DNA of 64,000 bases, taken from positions 704,001 to 768,000 of the forward strand of contig CBDCNQ010000005.1 of NCBI GenBank assembly GCA_965219445.1, in the 5' to 3' direction. The notes beneath the pieces were generated by a model, which made no database searches, was not told the DNA's origin, and saw only the letters and a list, made by a program, of their open reading frames with translations. Both the position numbers and the translations under genes were made by a program. Origin of the DNA: Longimicrobiales bacterium. GTDB lineage: Bacteria; Gemmatimonadota; Gemmatimonadetes; Longimicrobiales; Gaopeijiaceae. Shown here in pieces: positions 1 to 10,136 of this stretch. The stretch's first letter is position 1; each line of letters opens with the position of its first letter.

Positions 1-572
1 GCCCAATAGATCCACAGGTGGTCGAAGATCCCATCGCCCGCGACGACGTCGACAAGGATGGGCCCCGTGCCGACGGCCGGATTGAAGACGCCCCCCGACG
101 TGGCTCCGACAGCGAGGGCGCCCACCATGACGGTGAATCCGATGGCGAGGCCATAGTACGAATTGCCGGCGGTAGCATCGTCGGTCGCCACATTCAATAT
201 CACGAGCGACAAGGCGAAAGTGAACAGAGCCTCACACAGAAGGACCACGACGAGACCAGCCTCTGGGGCCGGTGCAGGAGCAAAGGTGTCGCCCACGATG
301 AACATCACGGTCAGGCTCGCCAAGATCGCGCCGCTGAGTTGTGCGAGTACGTACGGGACCAGATCACGAGCCTCCATTTTGCCGCGAATCAGAATCGCCA
401 CGCTCACGGCGGGGTTATAGTGCGCCCCGGAGATATGTCCGCCCATGTACACCATCACCATCAACACCGAGCCGATGGCTAGAGGAGCCAGGGGCGTACC
501 GTTCATTACCGTCAATCCGATCGTGAGGACTAAGAAGAAGGTCCCCACAAACTCGGTCACGTATCTACTCAT
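1..572 (-). CDS. MIP-family channel (aquaporin), 3' end outside window
   Basis: Not in the ORF track because it runs off the edge. Manual translation: MSRYVTEFVGTFFLVLTIG...GGHISGAHYNPAVS...GGVFNPAVGTGP...LWIYW. It has the SGxHxNPA signature, a second NPA and hydrophobic helices. Confidence 0.93.
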   Translation of the reverse strand, partial: MSRYVTEFVGTFFLVLTIGLTVMNGTPLAPLAIGSVLMVMVYMGGHISGAHYNPAVSVAILIRGKMEARDLVPYVLAQLSGAILASLTVMFIVGDTFAPAPAPEAGLVVVLLCEALFTFALSLVILNVATDDATAGNSYYGLAIGFTVMVGALAVGATSGGVFNPAVGTGPILVDVVAGDGIFDHLWIYW

Positions 573-739
573 GATGAGCAAACTCCAATCTTTCGTTTTG
601 ACTCTCGACCCGACGATCCTGAATCCATGCCGACCCTTGACCTCTCCACCCACGACCACCGGGGATTCGTGACGCAGTTTGCGGACCGCCAGCCCACCCG
701 GCAAGCTTCAGAGGCCTACTTCTCCAACAGGCCTCCATC

Positions 740-3214
740 ATGAGCACTTCCTCCGAGCGACCCTCGGTAGGACTGCACGTCCTAAAGTTTGGGGGCACCT
801 CACTCGGAAACTCCGACCGGGTGCGGGAGGTGGCGTCGATCATCGCGGCCCAATCCGAGAAGAGTCCAACCATCGCGGTGGTTTCCGCGTTAGGCCATGT
901 CACCGACGAGTTGGTGGCCGCATCGGAGTTGGCAACGGGGGGAGACGCGAGCTACGCCAAAAAGTTGGAGGAGATCCGCGATCTCCACCTGGAGAGCGTG
1001 AAGGAGCTCACCGCCCCCAGGGATCGGAGTCACGTTGCCGAGTCAATCGATTCGATCCTGTCCGGCCTCGAGGAGCTTCTCCAAGGCGTCTCGCTCGTCA
1101 AGGAGTGCACGGCCCGCACGCAGGACGGCGTTTTGAGCGTCGGCGAGCGGCTCTCCACAATCCTCGTGGCGGGGGCCCTTCGGGCTCGGGGTACAGAGGC
1201 CGAGGCCTGCGACACCACTGGCCTTATCGTGACCGACGCCAACTTCGGTGCTGCTTCTGTGGCCATGGCGGCCACGCGTGAACGTGTGGTGCCGCACTTC
1301 GAGCAGGCCTCCGCCCTTCAGGTCGTGACCGGCTTCATCGCAGGGACGGCCGAGGGTGAGACCACGACTCTGGGCCGAGGCGGGTCGGACTACACGGCTA
1401 CACTGCTCGGGGCAATCCTCGACGCGGAGGCGGTAGAGATCTGGACTGACGTGAACGGGGTCATGAGCGCCGATCCACGCATCGTGCAGGAGGCTTTTTC
1501 CCTGGAGAGCCTCAGCTACGACGAGCTCATGGAACTCTCCCATTGGGGTGCCAAGGTGATGCATCCGGCGGCCGTACAGCCGGCTCGGGAGAAGGGCCTT
1601 CGCGTCCTCATTCGGAACACTCTGAACCGCGAGTTCGAAGGCACCGAGGTACGTGAGGGCCCCCCCAATACGCTGGGATTCCCGGTGCGAGGCATCGCTT
1701 CGATCAACGACGTCTCCCTGCTCCGACTCGAAGGCACGGGCCTCCCGGGATCCACAGGCACCGCCGAGCGCCTGTTCGGCGCTCTGGCTCGCGTGGGAAT
1801 CAGCATCATCCTGATCACCCAGGCATCGAGTGAGCGCTCCATCTGCTTCGCGGTCGAGCCGGGCAAGCTGGATCAGGCGGTCGCCGCGATCCATAAGGCG
1901 TTCGCGTTGGAGCGCCAGGCAGACCTCGTGGACGACCTGGTGGTGGAGCGGCGCTGCTCGATCCTGGCAGCCGTAGGAGAGGCCATGCGCGAGTCGCCCG
2001 GGATCGCCGGCCGCATCTTCGACGTGCTCGGCCATCACCGCGTCAACGTGCGAGCCATCGCCCAGGGGAGCTCGGAGCTCAACATTTCCTTTGTCGTGAC
2101 GCAGGACGATGAGGAACGCGCGTTGCGGGCCATCCACCGAGCCGTTTTCCGGCCACCGGGCCGTAGCCTGCGCCTATATGTGACCGGAGCTGGGCGGGTC
2201 GGAGCCGCGCTGCTGGACCAGATCGATGCGCAGACCGAGAAGCTACGCGAGGATGGGGTGGAGGTCGTTCTCGCCGGTCTTTCCCGAAGCAAGGGGGCGG
2301 CACTCAAACAAACGGGGCTGGACCTGAGTGATTGGCGCGGCGTGAGCGAGGCGGAGATGAGTACCGGAGCGGACATGGTCGAGGCCGCAGTTCGCTCCGA
2401 TCACCCGTGCCGCGTCTTCGTCGACGCCACGGCAAGTACGGATGTGGTCGAGGACTATGAATCCCTCCTCAGAGAGGGGGTCGCGGTCGTGAGTGCGAAC
2501 AAGATTGCGTTTTCGGGAGCGATGGAGAGGTTCGAGACGCTCCAGCGCCTTGGCGCACAGGGGATGGGCCTCTTCTTCGAGACCACCGTCGGAGCGGGAC
2601 TGCCCGTGCTCAAGACGATCGAAGACCTGGTGGCGACGGGCGATGAGATCGAGCGGGTGGAGGGGGTCCTTTCGGGAACGCTGGGATTCATCTGCGACCG
2701 CCTGATGGCCGGAACCCCGTTCAGCGAAGCCCTCAAAGAGGCCGATGACCTGGGCTTTACGGAGCCGGATCCGCGTGAGGACCTGGGCGGCCGTGACGTG
2801 GCCCGCAAGCTAGTGATTCTGGGGCGGATGGCCGGGTTTTCCTTCGAGTTGGACGATGTGGAGATCGAGCCACTTCTGCCTGGCGAGGGATGGGCCGACA
2901 TCAACGTGGACGAGTTCTGGAAGCGCCTCCGGGACGTGAATGCGCACTTCGCGGAGCGCCGCGAGCAGGCCATTGCGGCCGGACGTGCCCTCCGCTACCT
3001 CGCGTCTGTCGATGACGGTCAGGCCTCCGTTCGGTTGACAGAGGTCGCGCCCGGGCACCCGTGCTGGAGCCTCTCCAACAGTGAGAACCTCGTGACCATC
3101 ATCTCAACGCGCTATGCGAACACACCACTGGTCGTCCGGGGTCCGGGTGCGGGGCCCGACGTGACGGCCGCCGGAGTATTCGCGGACATCCTCAGAGCCC
3201 TGGCCGAGTCATGA
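740..3214 (+). CDS. thrA: Bifunctional aspartate kinase / homoserine dehydrogenase
   Basis: KFGGTS, TLGRGGSDYTA, two ACT domains (QASSE, QGSSE), GAGRVG Rossmann motif, ETTVGAGLP, EPDPREDLGG, GPGAGPDVTAAGVFAD; 824 aa. Confidence 0.97.
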   Translation: MSTSSERPSVGLHVLKFGGTSLGNSDRVREVASIIAAQSEKSPTIAVVSALGHVTDELVAASELATGGDASYAKKLEEIRDLHLESVKELTAPRDRSHVAESIDSILSGLEELLQGVSLVKECTARTQDGVLSVGERLSTILVAGALRARGTEAEACDTTGLIVTDANFGAASVAMAATRERVVPHFEQASALQVVTGFIAGTAEGETTTLGRGGSDYTATLLGAILDAEAVEIWTDVNGVMSADPRIVQEAFSLESLSYDELMELSHWGAKVMHPAAVQPAREKGLRVLIRNTLNREFEGTEVREGPPNTLGFPVRGIASINDVSLLRLEGTGLPGSTGTAERLFGALARVGISIILITQASSERSICFAVEPGKLDQAVAAIHKAFALERQADLVDDLVVERRCSILAAVGEAMRESPGIAGRIFDVLGHHRVNVRAIAQGSSELNISFVVTQDDEERALRAIHRAVFRPPGRSLRLYVTGAGRVGAALLDQIDAQTEKLREDGVEVVLAGLSRSKGAALKQTGLDLSDWRGVSEAEMSTGADMVEAAVRSDHPCRVFVDATASTDVVEDYESLLREGVAVVSANKIAFSGAMERFETLQRLGAQGMGLFFETTVGAGLPVLKTIEDLVATGDEIERVEGVLSGTLGFICDRLMAGTPFSEALKEADDLGFTEPDPREDLGGRDVARKLVILGRMAGFSFELDDVEIEPLLPGEGWADINVDEFWKRLRDVNAHFAERREQAIAAGRALRYLASVDDGQASVRLTEVAPGHPCWSLSNSENLVTIISTRYANTPLVVRGPGAGPDVTAAGVFADILRALAES

Positions 3215-4167
3215 TGTCGAACACCGCAACCGCTCGCGCCTTCGCGCCCGCCACGGTCGGCAACATCATCTGTGGCTTCGATATCTTCGGCCTCGCTTTG
3301 GGGGAGCCCGGAGACGAGGTGGAAGCCAGACTGCGGAATGAGCCGGGCGTGGTGATTTCCGCAGTTCACGGTGATGAGGGACGCCTGCCGACCGAAACGG
3401 CTCTGAACGTGGCCGGCCTCGCCACTCTCGCCGTCCTGGCAGAAAGTGGGATGGAGGACCAGGGCGTCGAGATCGAGGTTTGGAAGGGTCTACCCATTTC
3501 GGGCGGGATGGGAGGCAGCGCCGCCAGTGCCGTAGCGGCCGTTGTCGCCGCGGATGCACTCCTCCAAACGGGACTGTCGCCCAAGGCGCTGCTCCGCTGC
3601 GCCTCGGAGGGTGAGCGGGGACCGAAGCGAGACACCCACCCGGACAACATCGCCCCGGCGCTTCACGGCGGAATCGTCATGGTCCGGCCCGAGGAATCCG
3701 GGATCGCCATTCCACTCCCCGTCCCCACCGGCCTCTCCGTGGCCCTGGTCCATCCCGATATGGAGCTCGAGACGAACGAGATGAGGGGCCTCCTACCCGA
3801 CGCGCTCCCGCTGAGCCAAGCCGTAAGACAGTGGGCGGACTGTTCCGCACTGGTCGTGGGACTGTACGAAGAGGACTGGGATCTCATCGCGCGCTCACTC
3901 GTGGACCGCGTGGCGGAGCCGCATAGGAGTCGCTTCATTCCTGGGTTCGACGCCGTCCGCGCCGCCGGCGTCGAGGCAGGCGCACTCGGAGCGGGACTGT
4001 CCGGCTCGGGGCCCTCGATGTTCGCCCTCTGCCGGACAATGAGCGAGGCCCAATCCGTGGCAGCGGCCATGGCCAATGCCTTCGCCGGGGTCGGCCTCGA
4101 GGGCGCCGATACCCACGTTTCCGAGGTAGCCAATACGGGCGCCCACGTGATCGAGACAGCGGCGTGA
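3211..4167 (+). CDS. thrB: Homoserine kinase (GHMP family)
   Basis: APATVGNIICGFD, LPISGGMGGSAAS, HPDNIAP, LSGSGPS; ATGA overlap with thrA. Confidence 0.95.
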   Translation: MMSNTATARAFAPATVGNIICGFDIFGLALGEPGDEVEARLRNEPGVVISAVHGDEGRLPTETALNVAGLATLAVLAESGMEDQGVEIEVWKGLPISGGMGGSAASAVAAVVAADALLQTGLSPKALLRCASEGERGPKRDTHPDNIAPALHGGIVMVRPEESGIAIPLPVPTGLSVALVHPDMELETNEMRGLLPDALPLSQAVRQWADCSALVVGLYEEDWDLIARSLVDRVAEPHRSRFIPGFDAVRAAGVEAGALGAGLSGSGPSMFALCRTMSEAQSVAAAMANAFAGVGLEGADTHVSEVANTGAHVIETAA

Positions 4168-5486
4168 GGTTCGTCAGCACCGGCGGGGAAAGTCCAGCCG
4201 CTGACCTCCGTACCGCACTCATTCAAGGACTCGCGCCGGACGGGGGGCTTTACCTGCCGGAGCGGATGGACCCGATCGACGTCTCGATTCTGACCGAGTT
4301 GCGCGGCCAGTCCTTCTCGGCCGTCTCGCGCATGGTGGCACGGCTCCTCCTCGGCTCGACGATCCCCCCTTCCGATCTCGACCGCATCGTCGACACTGCC
4401 CTGGACTTCGAGGTGCCGCTCGTCGCTCTGAGTGATGACGGGCCTACGAATGATGACGGCTCCACGGAAGACGTGTACCTGCTCGAACTCTTCCACGGAC
4501 CGACCCTGGCGTTCAAGGATGTCGGCGCGCGTTTCATGGCGCAGCTCATGGGCTACTTGATCCGTGAGGACGGAGTCCCGCTCACCATTCTGGCGGCCAC
4601 ATCGGGAGACACCGGGAGCGCCGTGGCCCAGGCGTTCTTCGGTGTGCCGGGCATACGGACCGTGATCCTGTTCCCCAAGGATAAAGTCACCCCTCTCCAG
4701 GAACGACAGTTCACGACCCTCGGAGGAAACGTGCATGTGCTCGAAGTCGATGGCACGTTCGACGACTGCCAACGCCTGGTAAAATCCGCTTTTTCGGACC
4801 CCACGCTCAGTGACGCCGTCCACCTCAGCTCGGCGAATTCGATCAATATCGGCCGCCTACTTCCGCAGATTTTCTATTACTTCCACGCAGCGGCACAGTT
4901 GCCCACGGGGTCGGCTCCACTGTTTTCGGTTCCGTCCGGAAATTTCGGGAACCTGACGGCAGGGTTGATGGCCAAGAGGCTCGGCTTGACGAGCCGAGGG
5001 TTCGTGGCGGTGACCAACGTGAACGACGTGGTCCCAGAGTACTTGCGGACCGGAGTGGTCCGTCCGCGCCCCTCCACTCCCACCATCTCGAATGCCATGG
5101 ACGTGGGTGATCCGAGCAACCTTGATCGCATCCTCGCCCTATATGACGGGGACGTCGATCGCCTCCGGAACGACTTGGTCGGAAGCGTTCACGACGACGA
5201 CGAGACCCGGGGCTGCATCACAGCGGTGTACCGGAGAACGGGCTACGTCCTGGACCCTCACTCCGCGGTGGGTTACCTGGGCGTCGAGGCAGGGCGTCGA
5301 GCGTTCGGGGGGGGACCCTACGTGGTGCTCTGCACCGCCCATCCCGTAAAGTTTCGCGAGGCCGTGGAGCCAGCGATCGGGAGCAGCGTGCCCGTACCGG
5401 AGCGCCTGGCCGCCTGCCTTGACGCCGAGCGTCACGTGACGCCGATTCCTCCCGAGATCTCAGCCCTGAGAGACGTCTTGCTCTAA
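4164..5486 (+). CDS. thrC: Threonine synthase
   Basis: GLAPDGGLY, ELFHGPTLAFKD (PLP Lys), ATSGDTG, SANSINIGR, PSGNFGN; overlaps the thrB stop. Confidence 0.97.
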   Translation: MRFVSTGGESPAADLRTALIQGLAPDGGLYLPERMDPIDVSILTELRGQSFSAVSRMVARLLLGSTIPPSDLDRIVDTALDFEVPLVALSDDGPTNDDGSTEDVYLLELFHGPTLAFKDVGARFMAQLMGYLIREDGVPLTILAATSGDTGSAVAQAFFGVPGIRTVILFPKDKVTPLQERQFTTLGGNVHVLEVDGTFDDCQRLVKSAFSDPTLSDAVHLSSANSINIGRLLPQIFYYFHAAAQLPTGSAPLFSVPSGNFGNLTAGLMAKRLGLTSRGFVAVTNVNDVVPEYLRTGVVRPRPSTPTISNAMDVGDPSNLDRILALYDGDVDRLRNDLVGSVHDDDETRGCITAVYRRTGYVLDPHSAVGYLGVEAGRRAFGGGPYVVLCTAHPVKFREAVEPAIGSSVPVPERLAACLDAERHVTPIPPEISALRDVLL

Positions 5487-5537
5487 AACGCCGCCGAAGA
5501 AGTGGCGTGCGGCCGTGCCTCTAGTCCTCGCCGAACG

Positions 5538-6011
5538 TTACTGTTCCCCGCCCCCGGCGTCCCCCCACATGATCATCTGCCTCAGCTGGTCCATCGACCT
5601 CGGCAGTTCGGTCTCGCCCGCTGGAAAGTCGTTCATCTGAAGCAGGTAGGCGATAATGTCGACGTAGGTCTGCTCGGGTAGACCCCCCGGGTTGTCGTCG
5701 GGCATGGAGTAGAGAACGAACTCATAGATGTCCCCGATCGCCCGGTTGGTCCAGCGTCGCTCGAAACTTGATCCCGCGAACTCGGAAGACGCATGGCAGC
5801 TGATGCAATTGTCTCGGAAAAGTCCCTGGCCGCGGCTAGCCTGCGCGGCCGTATAGAAGGCGCCCCCCGATGAAGTCTCTGCAGCCGGAGCGGCAGCGGC
5901 AGCCGGCGCAGCCGCCGTCGGAGCGGCCGCGCTTGCGGGCGCGCTCTCCTGCGTGGATGCGCATCCTGTGAGCAACACCACCAATGCAGCATGAGCGAGA
6001 AGATTTTTCAT
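5538..6011 (-). CDS. Monoheme cytochrome c lipoprotein
   Basis: Lipobox LTGC, Ala/Pro linker, CISCH, distal SMP Met; RBS AAGGGG upstream. Confidence 0.88.
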   Translation of the reverse strand: MKNLLAHAALVVLLTGCASTQESAPASAAAPTAAAPAAAAAPAAETSSGGAFYTAAQASRGQGLFRDNCISCHASSEFAGSSFERRWTNRAIGDIYEFVLYSMPDDNPGGLPEQTYVDIIAYLLQMNDFPAGETELPRSMDQLRQMIMWGDAGGGEQ

Positions 6012-6212
6012 TGATGTCCCCTTGAGTGAATGCGCTCACACTTTGCAAAAACAAGAGGCAAGTGGCAAGGGGGGGAGGCCTGTTCGCCGTGGACTGGTAC
6101 TCGTGGTCCCGCAACACGGACGATCCCGCTAACGTACTGTCTGCGGACTTTGGGGTAAGACGGTGTCGTCGATCGTCACGCCGTGGCATCATTGTCGAAA
6201 ACTTTCTGACGG

Positions 6213-8594
6213 GTGGGAACTGTGCGGAAATCGAGAGTGAAGTGGGTCTTTCTGGCCCTAGGCTTTCTAATGACGACGCCCCTCGCCGGGCAGGGATACG
6301 GACATTCCTTAGCCGTCGGAGACGGTGAAGTGATCGTCGGGGAGTCACTGAGTGAGGCGGCCCCTGGGTACGTCTACGTCTACCGAAAAGATTCTGACGG
6401 AGCCTGGACCGAGGTCCAACGAATCGAGGCATCCAACTCTGCCGTCGGGGACCATTTCGGCAGAACCGTTACGCTCTCCGGGGACCAACTCCTGGTCGGC
6501 TCGACCATTCTCCAGGCGATCTACGTGTTTGGGAAGGACGGAAGCGGCCAATGGCGTGAGACACAGACCCTGACCGTGAGTGACAACGTCGAAGGGAATT
6601 TCATCGGCCGAATCTCAGCGGCCGACGGTGACCATTTCCTAACGGCTTCGTGGGCCAACTCGGAGGGCCGTGGTGCGGTTTACGTTTTCGAACGGGACCC
6701 CGCAACGGGGCAGTGGAGCGAGACCGACAAGCTGACGGGCAGCGACGTCTTGCCGAATGACCTGTTCGGTATGTCCATCGCGGTGCATGGTGACTTGGCT
6801 CTGATCGGCACGGCAGCGCAGGCCAACGGTACTGGAGCGGTTTACGTGTTCAGGCGTGATCCAGCCACCCGGGACTGGTCGGAGCAGAGTAAGCTCGCTG
6901 GGCCGGGAATCGCTCCGAACAGCCGTTTCGGCGCGGCCGTGGGACTCATCGGCGGTGTTGCACTGGTCGCCGCCTCCACGCACGAGGTCGGTGTGGGTGT
7001 GGTATTCGAGTTCTCCTACGACGAATCGACAGGGGAATGGCAGGTCGGCCGTACCCTAAGGCCGTTCGACGGAGGGAATCCGGGCACACAGTTTGGGACA
7101 GCCATGCACCTCGGACTCGAAGAGACATGGTTCGGCGCTCCTGGCGCGGCCAACTTCGAGGGGCGGGCTTATGTGTTGTCTCGCAGCCCTTCGGGAGACT
7201 GGACCGGGGCCAGCAAGCTCACCGGGTCGGAGCTGGGACCGGGTGATCAGTTCGGTGGTACCGTCGCGGTACAGGGCGACCTCGCCGCGGTGGGAGTCGT
7301 CGGGGACGACTTCGACCTCGGTTCGGTTGCGATCTTCGAGCGTCAAGGCGGCATATGGTCGGAGGTCGGGAAAGTATTCACCGAGTCACCCCCGGCCATG
7401 GCTTCGATCACCGGCGGCCGAGTGGACTGCGAGGGCGGGGGGGCGGGCGCATTCAGCTGCAGCGACCTGGACATGCTGTCATTCTTGTCCGTTGCCGACC
7501 TCGGAGGGGGGCGCGGAGTCGAGGTGAACGACGTCTGGGGATGGACCGACCCCGACTCGGGCCGAGAATATGCGCTCGTCGGCCGCTACGATGGCACCTC
7601 GTTCGTAGACGTCAGTGACCCCATGAATCCCAGGTACGTCGGAAATTTGCCGCTGACAGACGGCTCGAGAGCGGATGTCTGGAGGGACATCAAGGTCTAC
7701 AGAGACCATGCCTTCATCGTGGCCGATGGCGCGGGTCCGCATGGGATACAGATCTTTGACCTCACCAAGCTGAGGGACGTCAGGGGCGACCCGGTCACTT
7801 TCGACGAGGACGCTCATTACGGCCAGATCGCGAGTGCTCACAACATCGTGATCAACGAAGACACCGGCTTCGCCTACGCAGTGGGGGCGGGGGAGGGAGG
7901 TGAAACCTGCGGCGGCGGCCTCCACATGATCAACATCCAGGACCCGCGAAGTCCACTCTTTGCCGGATGTTTTCAAGCAATGGGCACGGGGCGTCAGGGC
8001 ACGGGCTACAGCCACGACGCCCAGTGCGTCATCTACCACGGCCCGGACGCTGAGCACGAGGGCCGGGAGATCTGCTTCGGCTCTAACGAGACGGCGTTGA
8101 GCATCGCCGACGTCACGGACAAGGCCAGCCCGGTCTCACTCTCGACTGCCACGTATCCCAACGTGGCGTACGCCCATCAGGGCTGGCTCGATGAAGACCA
8201 CCGCTACTTTTACATGAACGATGAGCTCGACGAGATCGGGGGCAGCGTCGATCAGACACGTACGCTGATCTGGGACATCGCCGATCTGGACGATCCGATT
8301 CTGGCCAGGGAGTACTTCGCCGACAACGCATCGTCGGACCACAATCTCTACATCCGGGGCGATCTGATGTACCAGTCCAACTACGTGAGCGGGCTCCGCA
8401 TCCTGGATATCTCTGACCGGGAAAACCCCGAGGTGGTGGGGTCCTTCGACACCGTTCCAGGACCTTCCGACTCGCCGGGATTCGATGGCTCTTGGAGCAA
8501 CTACCCGTTTTTCGAGAGCGGAATCATCATCGTCAACAGTGGTAAGGAGGGAATGTTCATCCTGCGGGAGCGGGGGCGCCCCATTCTCGAGTAA
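6213..8594 (+). CDS. Secreted protein with FG-GAP repeats and a choice-of-anchor B-like domain
   Basis: Signal peptide; repeated FG..V......A.VG...GAVYVF units; C-terminal NDVWGWTDP, WRDIKVY, AHNIVINE, YSHDAQCV, HQGWL, DHNLY, WSNYPFF motifs. Exact start uncertain. Confidence 0.85.
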   Translation: MGTVRKSRVKWVFLALGFLMTTPLAGQGYGHSLAVGDGEVIVGESLSEAAPGYVYVYRKDSDGAWTEVQRIEASNSAVGDHFGRTVTLSGDQLLVGSTILQAIYVFGKDGSGQWRETQTLTVSDNVEGNFIGRISAADGDHFLTASWANSEGRGAVYVFERDPATGQWSETDKLTGSDVLPNDLFGMSIAVHGDLALIGTAAQANGTGAVYVFRRDPATRDWSEQSKLAGPGIAPNSRFGAAVGLIGGVALVAASTHEVGVGVVFEFSYDESTGEWQVGRTLRPFDGGNPGTQFGTAMHLGLEETWFGAPGAANFEGRAYVLSRSPSGDWTGASKLTGSELGPGDQFGGTVAVQGDLAAVGVVGDDFDLGSVAIFERQGGIWSEVGKVFTESPPAMASITGGRVDCEGGGAGAFSCSDLDMLSFLSVADLGGGRGVEVNDVWGWTDPDSGREYALVGRYDGTSFVDVSDPMNPRYVGNLPLTDGSRADVWRDIKVYRDHAFIVADGAGPHGIQIFDLTKLRDVRGDPVTFDEDAHYGQIASAHNIVINEDTGFAYAVGAGEGGETCGGGLHMINIQDPRSPLFAGCFQAMGTGRQGTGYSHDAQCVIYHGPDAEHEGREICFGSNETALSIADVTDKASPVSLSTATYPNVAYAHQGWLDEDHRYFYMNDELDEIGGSVDQTRTLIWDIADLDDPILAREYFADNASSDHNLYIRGDLMYQSNYVSGLRILDISDRENPEVVGSFDTVPGPSDSPGFDGSWSNYPFFESGIIIVNSGKEGMFILRERGRPILE

Positions 8595-8728
8595 GTCGAG
8601 TCCAAGGACTTCGGTGGTGGGGGAGAAGAGAAGCCCGCCACCCAATCGAGTGTGATGGTGGGGTGGGGATAGCGGAAGTAGATTAGCTCGCAGCCGATGC
8701 TCAACGTCCTGCCCAAAGAGGGGGAGAC

Positions 8729-9961
8729 ATGTCGAAGAGTCCGCTCGTGATTTGCGTTCTGGTCGCTCTGCTAGGCCTAAGCCTCCCGGCCGTGGCCCAA
8801 CAGAGCCCGGCTTCTCTCCCCGACGGAGAGGGCAGGGCCCTGGTAGAGGACGTTTGCACCCGGTGCCACGGCGTCAACCAGATCACCGGCTCCGCCGGGT
8901 ACGACACGCCCCAAGGGTGGCAGGATGTGTTCGCCACGATGATTAAGCTACCGGACGCTCAGGCCACCCGAGTGGCAGAGTATCTAGCGGCGCATTTTCC
9001 CGACCGGGCTGACCGGCGCCCCGTTCTGATGGCGGGCGACGAAACCATCAAGATCACGGAATGGATCGTTCCCACGCTGGGGCAGCGCTCACGTGACCCG
9101 GCCGAGGCACCCGACGGCTCGATCTGGTGGACGGGGATGTGGGCCAGCCTCGCGGGACGGCTCGATCCCGCGACAGGCGAGATGGAGGAATTTCTGCTCC
9201 CGGAGACGGCACGCCCACACACGATCGTTCCCGATGAGGCCGGCAACATCTGGTACACGGGGAACAGCAACGCCACCGTCGGCAGGCTCGATCCTCGGAC
9301 CGGTGAGATCACCGAGTACAAGACGGAGGCCCGAGATCCCCACTCCGGGGTCTTCCACCCGAACGGGATGCTCTACTTCACGGCCCAGCAGGCCGGGATG
9401 CTCGGCCGCCTGAACCCGAAGACGGGGGAGGTCACGGAAATCTCGTCGGAGCCGCGCCCATATGGGATCAAGGTGGACTCGAAAGGGACGGTTTGGGTCG
9501 CGTTCAACGGCACGAACAAGATTGGGGCGCTCGATCCGGAGACGATGGAGGTCCGCTATTACGAGGTGCCGAACGAGCGTTCGAGGATCCGGCGGCTCGA
9601 TATTACGAGCGACGACATGATCTGGTACGGGAACTCCACCATGGGCCGCATCGGCCGGCTCAACCCGGAGACAGGTGAGATCAAGGAGTGGCCCTCCCCA
9701 AGCGGGGCGGATTCACATCCGTATGCGTTTGCCGTCGTGGACGACGTTATCTGGTACAACGAGGCGGGTATGAGGCCGGACGCGCTCGTCCGTTTCGACC
9801 CGAAGACAGAGCAGTTCCAGAGTTGGGCCCTCCCCTCTGGCGTCGGCATCGTCAGGAATATGTGGGTGACGCGGGAGGGAAATCTCCTCATCCATCAGTC
9901 CAGCACGAACCGCGTGGGGATCGTCGAAATCTCAGGGAGTCGCATGACGCTCGATCGTTGA
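8729..9961 (+). CDS. Cytochrome c fused to a Vgb (virginiamycin B lyase)-like beta-propeller
   Basis: Signal peptide, LPDGEGRALV..CTRCH heme domain, then repeated IW(Y/F)..GRLDPxTGEI.EY blades; RBS GGGGAG. Confidence 0.85.
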   Translation: MSKSPLVICVLVALLGLSLPAVAQQSPASLPDGEGRALVEDVCTRCHGVNQITGSAGYDTPQGWQDVFATMIKLPDAQATRVAEYLAAHFPDRADRRPVLMAGDETIKITEWIVPTLGQRSRDPAEAPDGSIWWTGMWASLAGRLDPATGEMEEFLLPETARPHTIVPDEAGNIWYTGNSNATVGRLDPRTGEITEYKTEARDPHSGVFHPNGMLYFTAQQAGMLGRLNPKTGEVTEISSEPRPYGIKVDSKGTVWVAFNGTNKIGALDPETMEVRYYEVPNERSRIRRLDITSDDMIWYGNSTMGRIGRLNPETGEIKEWPSPSGADSHPYAFAVVDDVIWYNEAGMRPDALVRFDPKTEQFQSWALPSGVGIVRNMWVTREGNLLIHQSSTNRVGIVEISGSRMTLDR

Positions 9962-10136
9962 TGCTGGGCGATCCGGCTGGGCGGGTTAGCGGGCTAGCAA
10001 CCTAACGCACGGACCGTTGTCGCTTCAGCCGGAACGTCACGGTCGCTATGAGGACGTCCATCCCCCCTTCAACGAGACAGCCTCATGGACGCGCGGGACT
10101 GACCCAGTGCCCAGTGGCGCCCCCGCCGGCTAGAGC

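Noticed and set aside
18..482. Plus-strand ORFs at the window start and many other long antisense ORFs
   Set aside because: Shadows of real genes in high-GC DNA; no recognisable motifs.
598..672. Possible thr attenuator leader (TTG...LTSPPTTTGDS)
   Set aside because: Only modestly Thr-rich, no RBS, and no terminator hairpin with U-tract before thrA.
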